Positions 1 through 7,484 are shown, numbered from the stretch's first letter. The stretch is DNA of 27,133 bases from Minisyncoccota bacterium (GCA_035506115.1 DATJQA010000029.1:1-27133); one strand, 5' to 3'. Notes: generated from the sequence alone by a model not told the origin. Translations and numbers: made by a program.

Positions 1-2706
1 GTAGAAGTCTCGAACGGAACCTGCTTTGTCGGCGAACCAGATATACGTTAAAGCGTTAGCTGGCGGAGTCGCTGGCATTCCATTGTTATAAATAATCTGC
101 TCAATGGTTGCTCGAATCGTCTGGCCGATACCAATGGTCCGCACAGTAAGTGCCGCGGTATTACCCGCCTCATCGCTTACAGCGTAGACTGTCCGGACCG
201 GGCGGAGCGATCTAAAGCCGAGCAGAGCAGCAGGCAGGAGCGTCGCGCCATCGTCATCGCTCATCTTCTGTTGGAGATCGTCAAAGGCATCGCCGAAAAT
301 ACTTTTCGCGGGTAACGAAGTTGTTGAAACTTTCGGCTCCTGGGTTAGGTTATCGAGACCGCGAACAACGATCGATCTTTTATCAACGTCCCAACCGATC
401 TCCGCCTCCGGCGGGGTTTTGTCTATTTTGATAGTAGAGCTTTTCGCGTCTTCAACATTTCCGGCCACATCCTTCGCTCGATAAAAAATGCTCTGCGCTC
501 CCTCTGTGGAAATAACTATCGGCTGACTATACTTCTGCCAAGTCGACTCGTTGTCGAGAGAATATTCAATTGACGACACACCGCTCCCGCCTTCATTGTC
601 TTCGGCAGAGAGCGTCGCGGTGACATCGGAAACATACCAGCCGTTCAAGCCGGCGGTACCAGAAATGTTTACGGTCGACATGGGCGGAATTGTATCAACC
701 GGCGCGATAACAGTCGAGGAATTTTGTGGGTCCGCGATGTAATCGACGATCTTGCCAGTCTCAATCGTGCCGGTCACCTCAGCAGTATGACCATCACCGT
801 TATCGTCGTAAACCAAGCCTCCGATCGTGTATGACCCTTCACCGGTGCCGATGACCTTAATGTCATATTTTCCCGGTTCGGTTTGGGGAATATAAACAAT
901 TTTCTTTTCGTGAACGGAACCAGGCGGCAATGGTTCGTCGCTTGAAATAATGGGCCCCTCAAGAGAATAATTCGCTCTGGGTATTTCCGCGTAATCCGTC
1001 CCCGAAACAGGGTCTCTACCGATACGCCGACCGGACGGGTCAGTAATGAGAAGTTCCGCCGGAGAAGCGATGTAAACAGTCATCGAGCCGAGAATGTCAA
1101 CGGGTGATGCGTGATAGGAAAACAGGTTAGCTTTATCGAATTCGTTGTTATAGGCCTGAATATTATTCGCGAGATTCTTTGTTTCGTCCAGGCGTTTTGT
1201 ATTGAACCAGAGCGGATCATTGATAAGATATGTGAACTGGTCTGGGGCTTTTTGGTACTTATTCTTGAGAACGAAGTAGTGGCCGTAAGTAGCGCTATGA
1301 CCGATAGCCGGTTTGTTGTCTCCTAGATATTGGTCTATCAAGGCGCCTCTTGTTGCCGATGAGGCATTGTGATAGTCAAGTGTTAAATGGTTTTTCTTTT
1401 TTCCGGCGCTAACGTTTCCAAGATATTCGACGGCCTTACTCCACCACAAGGAACCGGAAGCGTTATAGCCGTCGTTAGAGGTTAGCCAATTATTAATGCC
1501 CAAAGGGCTGTTATCAGAATTGTCTATCCCGATGTTAAGGCCGTAATACCTTCCGACCATGACCATAGACGTAATAGCACATCCGCAACGCCTTATGGTC
1601 GAGTTTGTGGTGCCATTTTCATAGCAATCTTTATAGGAACCGCTACCGTACAACAAAGAGGCCCATTGTGATGTAAGAATCGCAGATGGATAATCGGAAA
1701 TTACTTGCGTATACAGTGGCACCGTATGCACCGTGAAATCACCGCTGCCGAGTGCGCCGTATTCCTGCCAATCCGAAGCGAGATTTGTCACCGTATCCAC
1801 CGCCCGGGCGCGCCAGCGATATTGACCGTCAGGTAGATCTGAGACCGAAGTGGTCGCCTGACTGCCGGGTAGAACAGGCCCGCTCGTCGCGTTCGCAACT
1901 CCGGAAAAAGAGGTGCTCGTCGTGTATTCAACTTCCAATCGAACTTGATTAGTCGAAGATGACTGGAGCGTCGCCCCGAATATCACCTCATCTTCCATGG
2001 TCGTGTCGCCTTCAGCAATTTCAGTTAGGGCATCTGAGTGATACTGTTTCAGATCCCCGATAGACGGCGGCTGGCTTGGCTCTCCGGTCAGCCTGATGGC
2101 CAATTCCTTATTCGTGTACTCCGTCCAGCCTACGGGATAAAAAGCGTATGTATGATATTCCCAATATGATGAATACGAATATTCGTCTGCGCTCCGCACA
2201 ACCGATAGATACATGGACTGAAACGGGTCGTATTGCGAACGACTGAACTGGAACCAGTAGGTCGTGCCAGCCGCAAGGTCAAGACAGGGGTCCAGGGCAA
2301 ATTCGGCGTAGTCGCTCTGGTTCGTCGGCAAAAACGCAGCTGGGACAAGAACGCTCGCGAGAACGGCGCTGCCTGCTCCGCCCGGCTCGGCGCCGTTCTG
2401 GTAGACAGTAAGTACGACGCTGTCGGTCTGTTGATTCATCCGCCTAACCCTGTGTCCGACCGAACAGATACGCTGGTTTTCCGGCGGGATGTACTTCTCG
2501 GCAATAACATCGATGCCGGTCACTATGCCGCGGCCCCAGCCGAGATCATACATCGAATCGGGAAAGGCGCCGTGAACCTCGAAGATGGTCGGACCGAGCG
2601 CAAGCGTTGTCGCTGGTCTGAACAAAACTCCGCCGACCACAAAGGCCAGCGGCAGGAGAAATCCGCAGAGCAGGGTCATCGGACTGTGGCAGCGTCCGAA
2701 AGACAT
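1..2706 (-). CDS. Large secreted/surface protein with a peptidase C39-like domain and Ig-like beta domains; 3' end lies outside the window (>=902 aa)
   Basis: Manual translation from ATG 2706 (MSFGRCHSPMTLLCGFLLPLAFVVGGVLF..., hydrophobic N-terminus) stays open to base 1; absent from the ORF track because it has no stop in the window. Papain-fold motifs: PLYTQ (Q334), CGCAITSMVM (C376), GHYFV (H476), LINDP (D497). Ig-like segments: YRWRARAVD and GLNGWYVSDVTATLSAEDNEGGSGVSSIEYSLD...YRAKDVAGNVE...IDKTPP. Confidence 0.85.
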   Translation of the reverse strand, partial: MSFGRCHSPMTLLCGFLLPLAFVVGGVLFRPATTLALGPTIFEVHGAFPDSMYDLGWGRGIVTGIDVIAEKYIPPENQRICSVGHRVRRMNQQTDSVVLTVYQNGAEPGGAGSAVLASVLVPAAFLPTNQSDYAEFALDPCLDLAAGTTYWFQFSRSQYDPFQSMYLSVVRSADEYSYSSYWEYHTYAFYPVGWTEYTNKELAIRLTGEPSQPPSIGDLKQYHSDALTEIAEGDTTMEDEVIFGATLQSSSTNQVRLEVEYTTSTSFSGVANATSGPVLPGSQATTSVSDLPDGQYRWRARAVDTVTNLASDWQEYGALGSGDFTVHTVPLYTQVISDYPSAILTSQWASLLYGSGSYKDCYENGTTNSTIRRCGCAITSMVMVGRYYGLNIGIDNSDNSPLGINNWLTSNDGYNASGSLWWSKAVEYLGNVSAGKKKNHLTLDYHNASSATRGALIDQYLGDNKPAIGHSATYGHYFVLKNKYQKAPDQFTYLINDPLWFNTKRLDETKNLANNIQAYNNEFDKANLFSYHASPVDILGSMTVYIASPAELLITDPSGRRIGRDPVSGTDYAEIPRANYSLEGPIISSDEPLPPGSVHEKKIVYIPQTEPGKYDIKVIGTGEGSYTIGGLVYDDNGDGHTAEVTGTIETGKIVDYIADPQNSSTVIAPVDTIPPMSTVNISGTAGLNGWYVSDVTATLSAEDNEGGSGVSSIEYSLDNESTWQKYSQPIVISTEGAQSIFYRAKDVAGNVEDAKSSTIKIDKTPPEAEIGWDVDKRSIVVRGLDNLTQEPKVSTTSLPAKSIFGDAFDDLQQKMSDDDGATLLPAALLGFRSLRPVRTVYAVSDEAGNTAALTVRTIGIGQTIRATIEQIIYNNGMPATPPANALTYIWFADKAGSVRDFY

Positions 2707-2715
2707 AATGCCTAT

Positions 2716-2744
2716 TTTATAGCGCTCCCGAAGAATCACGTCAA
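2716..2744 (-). promoter_or_regulatory. Predicted sigma70 promoter of the C39-like gene
   Basis: TTGACG (2744-2739), 17 bp, TATAAA (2721-2716); ATG 9 nt downstream; no SD. Confidence 0.6.
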
Positions 2745-2772
2745 ACAGCTAATTTTTATCCCTTAAATCACC

Positions 2773-2814
2773 TAAAAACATTCTCAAATTCTTAAGAATT
2801 TGAGAATGTTTTTA
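2773..2814. repeat. Perfect 42-bp palindrome (copy A)
   Basis: TAAAAACATTCTCAAATTCTT|AAGAATTTGAGAATGTTTTTA; checked base by base; centre 2793/2794. Confidence 0.97.
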
Positions 2815-3085
2815 TGAACGAGACGAATGTTTTCCCGTATGGAGAAAGGGAGTGTTCGACGGCGTGACCGCGATAACGTTTCTCCACGAGCCCGGCTTGA
2901 GCAAGTCGGCGAACATGTTCCGCAACCGTCTTGAAATTCCCGCCCACCTCCTTCGTGATGCCTTCCACTGTCATTCCTTTTTGGTTGGCAATTAGAAGCA
3001 ACGCCTCAATGCGCCAATGATTTGCCACGCCCTTGAAATGCCGCTCTAACTGTCGCGCCGTTTTCGTTTTCTTCGGTCCGATCAT
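2792..3085 (-). CDS. ArsR/SmtB-like winged-helix transcriptional regulator (97 aa)
   Basis: ANHWRIEALLLI...MTVEGIT...VAEHVRRLAQAGLVEKRYRGHAVEHSLS fits the ArsR wHTH pattern; no Cys, so no classical alpha3 metal site. Confidence 0.85.
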   Translation of the reverse strand: MIGPKKTKTARQLERHFKGVANHWRIEALLLIANQKGMTVEGITKEVGGNFKTVAEHVRRLAQAGLVEKRYRGHAVEHSLSPYGKTFVSFIKTFSNS

Positions 3086-3091
3086 TTTTTT

Positions 3092-3120
3092 ATTTTACCG
3101 TCTTCACAATATATTCTCAA
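3092..3120 (-). promoter_or_regulatory. Predicted sigma70 promoter of the HTH gene; -35 lies inside palindrome B
   Basis: TTGAGA (3120-3115), 17 bp, TAAAAT (3097-3092), 6 nt, ATG 3085. Confidence 0.7.
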
Positions 3121-3145
3121 ATTCTTAAGAATTTGAGAATATATT
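3108..3145. repeat. Perfect 38-bp palindrome (copy B); 28-bp core identical to copy A
   Basis: AATATATTCTCAAATTCTT|AAGAATTTGAGAATATATT; shared core ATTCTCAAATTCTTAAGAATTTGAGAAT at 2780-2807 and 3113-3140. Confidence 0.97.
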
Positions 3146-3179
3146 TAATCTTGGGAATGCACGCTTAGACCAAAGTACG

Positions 3180-3209
3180 AACCCCACACCTATGAGTAGG
3201 TGTGGGGTT
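3180..3209. terminator. Intrinsic terminator-like hairpin
   Basis: 13-bp stem AACCCCACACCTA/TAGGTGTGGGGTT, 4-nt loop, directly after the stop of 3210..3401. Confidence 0.75.
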
Positions 3210-3401
3210 TTATGAATGGAAGAGCTCGGCGTAGCCCATCACCTGAGCCAGTATCAGACGGCATTCCGGACAGCGCAGGATGTTGCCCAGCATCTCGGCG
3301 GCATCATGCGCCTCTATTTCGAACCCGCAACCGCAGTTCGGGCAGTCGAACTTGTCGCCGGCCTGAACGAACCTGGTCGGCGGGCGCCGCAGGATCTTCA
3401 T
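3210..3401 (-). CDS. Small zinc-ribbon protein (63 aa)
   Basis: CPNCGC...CPEC; GGGAGGTG SD with GGAGG 6 nt before ATG; extended -10 TGgTAAGAT at 3440-3432; downstream hairpin. Confidence 0.7.
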   Translation of the reverse strand: MKILRRPPTRFVQAGDKFDCPNCGCGFEIEAHDAAEMLGNILRCPECRLILAQVMGYAELFHS

Positions 3402-3457
3402 TCGTCACCTCCCAAGTAAAATGACCACTTTATCTTACCACAGGAGACGCTCAAGAT

Positions 3458-3492
3458 AAAAATAACGATGGGGCGCCTTGTTAGGGGCGCCC
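3458..3492 (-). terminator. Intrinsic terminator
   Basis: Stem GGGCGCC/GGCGCCC (3471-3477, 3486-3492) followed on the minus strand by TTATTTTT; downstream of 3518..3805. Confidence 0.6.
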
Positions 3493-3517
3493 CGTTTCTT
3501 GGTGGACCGCATCGGCG

Positions 3518-3805
3518 TCAGTCAGCGTGGGTCGGCGCGCTCGCCGGCCAGCCGCGCTCCGGTTGCTGCTCGCTCCTCCGCACGCAGCTGCTGCAGGCGT
3601 AGCTTTCGCAGGCCTCGCAGAACCGACCCTCGCGCGGATAGGTGAACCAGTCGCCGCACTGCCGACACTTCCGACGCGTTTCGAGCGACGGCTTCTTCTC
3701 CTCCGCGTGCCGGCGGCAGATCCCCTCCCCGCAGTAGATGCACCTGTGGCCTTCTCTGGGGAAGATGAACCAAACGCCATCGACCACGCACTTCAAGGAC
3801 TCCAT
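3518..3805 (-). CDS. Cys-rich protein with two tandem zinc-finger-like repeats (95 aa)
   Basis: Repeats KCVVDGVWFIFPREGHRCIYCGEGICRRH and KCRQCGDWFTYPREGRFCEACESYACSSC; AAGGAGGG SD with GGAGG 8 nt before ATG. Confidence 0.75.
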   Translation of the reverse strand: MESLKCVVDGVWFIFPREGHRCIYCGEGICRRHAEEKKPSLETRRKCRQCGDWFTYPREGRFCEACESYACSSCVRRSEQQPERGWPASAPTHAD

Positions 3806-3905
3806 TAAGATACCCTCCTTCTGACTCCATCTTTACCACACTATCCCCACTTCCGTGAAGCGGACTTCACTGGACGGGCCGCCCGCCGGGCGTAAAATTG
3901 AAGCT

Positions 3906-4421
3906 ATGCCCGCCAAAAAAATATCTCTCGAAAAGGCCAAGGAGAACAAGCTTTTCTATTTCGTCGCGAACGCCGTCGTCTACCGGGAATCGGACGGTCG
4001 CTGCCTTATCCTCAAACGCAGTCCGGAGGAGAAGGTCCATCCCGGAAAATATTGCGTGCCGGGCGGCAAGCTGGAATGGAGCGAGCTCGACCCGACAAAA
4101 CCGACGCGCCTGAACGGTGACGTGCTGGATTACGAAGACACCGTCGAAAAACTGTTGGCCCGCGAAGTCCTCGAAGAAGCCGGCATCGAGATATATCCGA
4201 ACCTTACATATATGAACAGCGTCGCCTTCATCCGGCCGGACGGTATTCCGGTCGTCCTCGTGAAGTTCGCCGTGCGCTATAAGAGCGGCGAAGTGAAGCC
4301 GGATAAGAACGATTTTTCCGACTTCGCCTGGGTTAACGCCGAAGAGGTCAAGAAGTATGAATGTATCCGCGGCATTCCGGAAGAGATAAAGACGACCATC
4401 GCGCTCTTCAAGAAGCCCTAA
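3906..4421 (+). CDS. NUDIX hydrolase (171 aa)
   Basis: PGGKLE...REVLEEAGI Nudix box; start moved to ATG 3906, 7 nt after TAAAAT (3893-3898). Confidence 0.88.
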   Translation: MPAKKISLEKAKENKLFYFVANAVVYRESDGRCLILKRSPEEKVHPGKYCVPGGKLEWSELDPTKPTRLNGDVLDYEDTVEKLLAREVLEEAGIEIYPNLTYMNSVAFIRPDGIPVVLVKFAVRYKSGEVKPDKNDFSDFAWVNAEEVKKYECIRGIPEEIKTTIALFKKP

Positions 4422-4422
4422 T

Positions 4423-4455
4423 AACAAAAAATCCGCCATCGGCGGATTTTTTGTT
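4423..4455. terminator. Bidirectional intrinsic terminator between convergent NUDIX and ndk
   Basis: 15-bp perfect stem AACAAAAAATCCGCC/GGCGGATTTTTTGTT, 3-nt loop. Confidence 0.88.
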
Positions 4456-4459
4456 CTAA

Positions 4460-5053
4460 TTACTCGTCCACGCCGTACCGCTTATACGGATGGGGTTTGA
4501 AGTTCTTCCCGAACCAGTGCGCGATCTCGTGCTCGGCTTCCTCCTGGGTCTCGGAGGCGTGGAGAAGGTTCATCACGGCCCGCTTCTCTTTGTTACCGAG
4601 GAGCGGGGAATCGATAGAGAAATCGCCGCGGATGGTGCCGACCTCGGCCATCGCCGGAATGGTCGGACCGGCCACTTTGCGCACAACGTCCACGGCGTGG
4701 ATACCCTGGACGACCATCCGCACCAAGGGCGCCGAGGTCATGTAGTCGACGAGCCACTTGCGGACCATCTTCCCGATCTCGTACTCATCGACGGTCCCTA
4801 TCTCCTCCATCGCATCGTAGCCGTACTTTTCGTAGGTCTTAAGCGTCTTTTGACCGAGCCGGCTGATCCACGCTTGATCCTTCGGATAATGTTCGTCTAT
4901 CTGCTCGCGCGTCGGCTGGAACATTTCGAGAGCGACGATCTTCAGGTCGCGCTGCTCGAACCGCCTGATTATTTCGCCGATAAGACCTTTGCGCACGCCG
5001 TCCGGTTTCACCATCACGTACGTTACTTCCTCTTTTGGATGTTTTCTTACCAT
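4460..5053 (-). CDS. ndk: Nucleoside diphosphate kinase (197 aa, long form)
   Basis: VMVKPDGVRKGLIGEII, YMTSAP, GTIRGDF, NLLHASET (catalytic His). Confidence 0.95.
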   Translation of the reverse strand: MVRKHPKEEVTYVMVKPDGVRKGLIGEIIRRFEQRDLKIVALEMFQPTREQIDEHYPKDQAWISRLGQKTLKTYEKYGYDAMEEIGTVDEYEIGKMVRKWLVDYMTSAPLVRMVVQGIHAVDVVRKVAGPTIPAMAEVGTIRGDFSIDSPLLGNKEKRAVMNLLHASETQEEAEHEIAHWFGKNFKPHPYKRYGVDE

Positions 5054-5060
5054 AGTATTT

Positions 5061-6452
5061 TTATTTTTCCGACGACTTTTTTGATATTTCGATGCCCAGC
5101 TCGCGCAATTGCTTCGGCTCGGCCGGCGATGGCGACCCCATCATCGGATCGCGTCCGTCCCCGGTCTTGGCGAAAGCGATGACCTCGCGGATGTTCGGCT
5201 CGTTCCCGAGGACCATCAGGAAACGATCGAGGCCCGGCGCGATGCCGCCATGCGGCGGCGCGCCGTAGGAAAGCGCTTCGAGCATGTGACCGAAGTTCGC
5301 CTCAATGCGTTCGTCGGTGAAACCCATTATCTTGAAAACGGCCTTAAGCGCTTCCGGCTTATGGTTCCGGATGCTTCCGCCGCCGATCTCATAGCCGTTC
5401 AGGGCCAGGTCGTACTGGGTCGTGAGAATCTTGGGAATGTTCTTCCCGGCCAGAAGGTCGGCCATGTGTTCCGGCTTCGGCGCCGAGAACGGGTTATGCG
5501 TGAAGGTCCAACCGCCTTCGTCGGATTTTTCGAAGAACGGAAAATCGACGATCCAGCAGAAGGCCAAGAGGTTCGGGTCGTTCTTATCTTTCCGCAGGTC
5601 GGGCTTATCGCTCTTGTACTTTTCCATCGCCTCCGCGTAGGTCAAGCGCGGGAACGGAAGCTGCTGGATCTTTTTCTCCGGGAACAAGGTCTTCACCGTT
5701 TCTATAAAAAGCCGCTCGGTTAACGCCATGACGTCCTCGCGTTCCACAAAGCTCATCTCGAGGTCGAGCTGAGTGAACTCCGGTTGGCGGTCGCCGCGCG
5801 TGTCCTCATCCCGGAAGCAGCGTGCTATTTGGAAATATTTTTCGACGCCGGCGACCATCAAAAGCTGTTTGTACTGTTGGGGTGATTGCGGTAAGGCGTA
5901 AAAGTTGCCGGGCCGGATGCGGGCCGGCACAAGATAATCACGCGCGCCTTCCGGCGTCGACTTCGAAAGGATGGGCGTTTCCACTTCCAGAAAACCTTCT
6001 TTGTCCAAAAAATCCCGGATGAACTTGACGACCCGATGGCGGTCGACGAGATTCTTTTGGAGCCGGGCGCGGCGCAGATCGAGGTAGCGGTATTTGATGC
6101 GCGTTTCTTCGTCGATGTCGTAACCGGTGCCGTCTACCGGTATAGGCAGGGCCTCTGCGCGGTTCAAGATGGTAAGTTCTTTTGCTTCGAGCTCGTAAGC
6201 GCCGTTCGGCTGGTCAGCGTTCACCATCGAAGGCGGGCGTTTTTTAATGATGCCTTTAAGGCCGATAACGTACTCCAATCGAAGCTCTTTGGCGTCTTCA
6301 AGCTGCGGCCCGAAGACGACCTGAACGAATCCGCTTCGGTCGCGAAGATCTATGAAAACGAGCTTGCCGTGGTCGCGGCGGGCGTGAACCCAGCCGTAAA
6401 GCTCGACCTCTTTGCCTTCCTTATCGCGAATGTCCCCTATCAGAGTTCTCAT
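5061..6452 (-). CDS. aspS: Aspartate--tRNA ligase, short form lacking the GAD insertion (463 aa)
   Basis: RRDHGKLVFIDLRD, RIKYRYLDLRR, STPEGARDYLVP, QIARCFRDED, PPHGGIAPGLDR. Confidence 0.96.
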   Translation of the reverse strand: MRTLIGDIRDKEGKEVELYGWVHARRDHGKLVFIDLRDRSGFVQVVFGPQLEDAKELRLEYVIGLKGIIKKRPPSMVNADQPNGAYELEAKELTILNRAEALPIPVDGTGYDIDEETRIKYRYLDLRRARLQKNLVDRHRVVKFIRDFLDKEGFLEVETPILSKSTPEGARDYLVPARIRPGNFYALPQSPQQYKQLLMVAGVEKYFQIARCFRDEDTRGDRQPEFTQLDLEMSFVEREDVMALTERLFIETVKTLFPEKKIQQLPFPRLTYAEAMEKYKSDKPDLRKDKNDPNLLAFCWIVDFPFFEKSDEGGWTFTHNPFSAPKPEHMADLLAGKNIPKILTTQYDLALNGYEIGGGSIRNHKPEALKAVFKIMGFTDERIEANFGHMLEALSYGAPPHGGIAPGLDRFLMVLGNEPNIREVIAFAKTGDGRDPMMGSPSPAEPKQLRELGIEISKKSSEK

Positions 6453-6486
6453 AAATTAAGACGGCGCCAGGCCGGCGCCTGATAAG

Positions 6487-6495
6487 TGCTATAAT
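6487..6495 (+). promoter_or_regulatory. Extended -10 promoter of the MgtC-family gene
   Basis: TGcTATAAT, then 6 nt to ATG 6502. Confidence 0.7.
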
Positions 6496-6501
6496 AAAGC
6501 A

Positions 6502-6966
6502 ATGATGGACATAACTCAAATGCTTTTGCGTTTCGGCGTCGCTCTTTTTTTGGGCGCCCTCATCGGCGTCGAACGGGAGATGGCCGGCAAAGAGGCCGGT
6601 GTCCGAACTTCGATGATGGTCTCCGGCGGCGCGGCGATGTTTTCCATCGCAGCCATCCAATTGCCTTATCTCATTGCCACCTCGCCGGCGGAGATCCCGA
6701 ACATCATGGCCCATAATAGCGGCTTCCTGGCCATCATCGCGAACATCGTGGTCGGTATCGGCTTCCTCGGTGCCGGCATGATATTCAAGACCGAAAGCCA
6801 TGTTCATAGCCTAACGACCGCCGCCGTCATCTGGGCGGCCGCGGCCATCGGAATGCTTTCCGGTATCGGCCTCATGAACTTCGCGACCGCCGCGACCATT
6901 ATCATCAGCACGTTGCTCTACATCATGCGGAGGGTCGGTATCTCAGAAAAGCTCCGCCACGATTAG
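6502..6966 (+). CDS. MgtC/SapB family membrane protein (154 aa, membrane domain only)
   Basis: LGALIGVERE...AGVRT, IVVGIGFLGAGMI, SLTTAAVIW. Confidence 0.92.
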   Translation: MMDITQMLLRFGVALFLGALIGVEREMAGKEAGVRTSMMVSGGAAMFSIAAIQLPYLIATSPAEIPNIMAHNSGFLAIIANIVVGIGFLGAGMIFKTESHVHSLTTAAVIWAAAAIGMLSGIGLMNFATAATIIISTLLYIMRRVGISEKLRHD

Positions 6967-7484
6967 CGCTCGAGCCGGAACCGCCAGCGCCGTTTCGCCC
7001 AGTACGAGCCCGCGTAAGCCACGCCGACGCGAGCGCTTTTTTTGATATCGCGCGGCAAGACACGCGCGCCGCGGTCCTCTAGCCACAGACCGGACCGACG
7101 CGTTGCCGGTCGGGCGTTCTGCTTTTTATCAATAGCAAAATATTTTGTGAGTCGGGCGGGACCGCTCACGCCCTCGACGCCCCGGATAAGAACGGCCGCC
7201 GGATAACCGCGCTCGCGCGTGACGATGTTCAGCATCCAGTGCATCCCGTAAGTAAAGTAAACGTACCAATAGCCGGGCGGCCCGAACATCGGCGCATTCC
7301 GCATCGTTCGGCCGCGCGCGGCGTGTGAAGCGCGGTCGCGAAAACCGTCATAGACTTCGACCTCGGTAATAAGACCGGCGCTGATTTTCCGCCCGCGCCG
7401 GCGAACCAAGTACTTTCCCAAAAGCGCGGACGCCACGATTGGCGTCGGCCGAGCGAAAAATTTTTTCGATAGAACCTTGCGCAT
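6963..7484 (-). CDS. mpg: 3-methyladenine DNA glycosylase (AAG/MPG family, 173 aa)
   Basis: ALLGKYLV, ITEVEVYDGFRDRASHA, MFGPPGYWYVYFTYGMHWMLNIV, GPARLT, ARVGV. Confidence 0.93.
   Translation of the reverse strand: MRKVLSKKFFARPTPIVASALLGKYLVRRRGRKISAGLITEVEVYDGFRDRASHAARGRTMRNAPMFGPPGYWYVYFTYGMHWMLNIVTRERGYPAAVLIRGVEGVSGPARLTKYFAIDKKQNARPATRRSGLWLEDRGARVLPRDIKKSARVGVAYAGSYWAKRRWRFRLER

Noticed and set aside
2233-2766. 177-aa plus-strand ORF and other short ORFs in 551-2348
   Set aside because: They overlap the continuous minus-strand peptidase frame and show no motifs.
2780-3140. CRISPR repeats or canonical XerCD dif sites
   Set aside because: Only two copies, 333 bp apart with a gene between, and no cas genes; arms do not resemble the XerD consensus TTATGTTAAAT. 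A non-canonical recombination role stays open as a hypothesis.
3210-3401. LysW-like carrier protein
   Set aside because: The zinc ribbon is similar but the C-terminal EDWGE is absent and there are no lysX/argX genes nearby.
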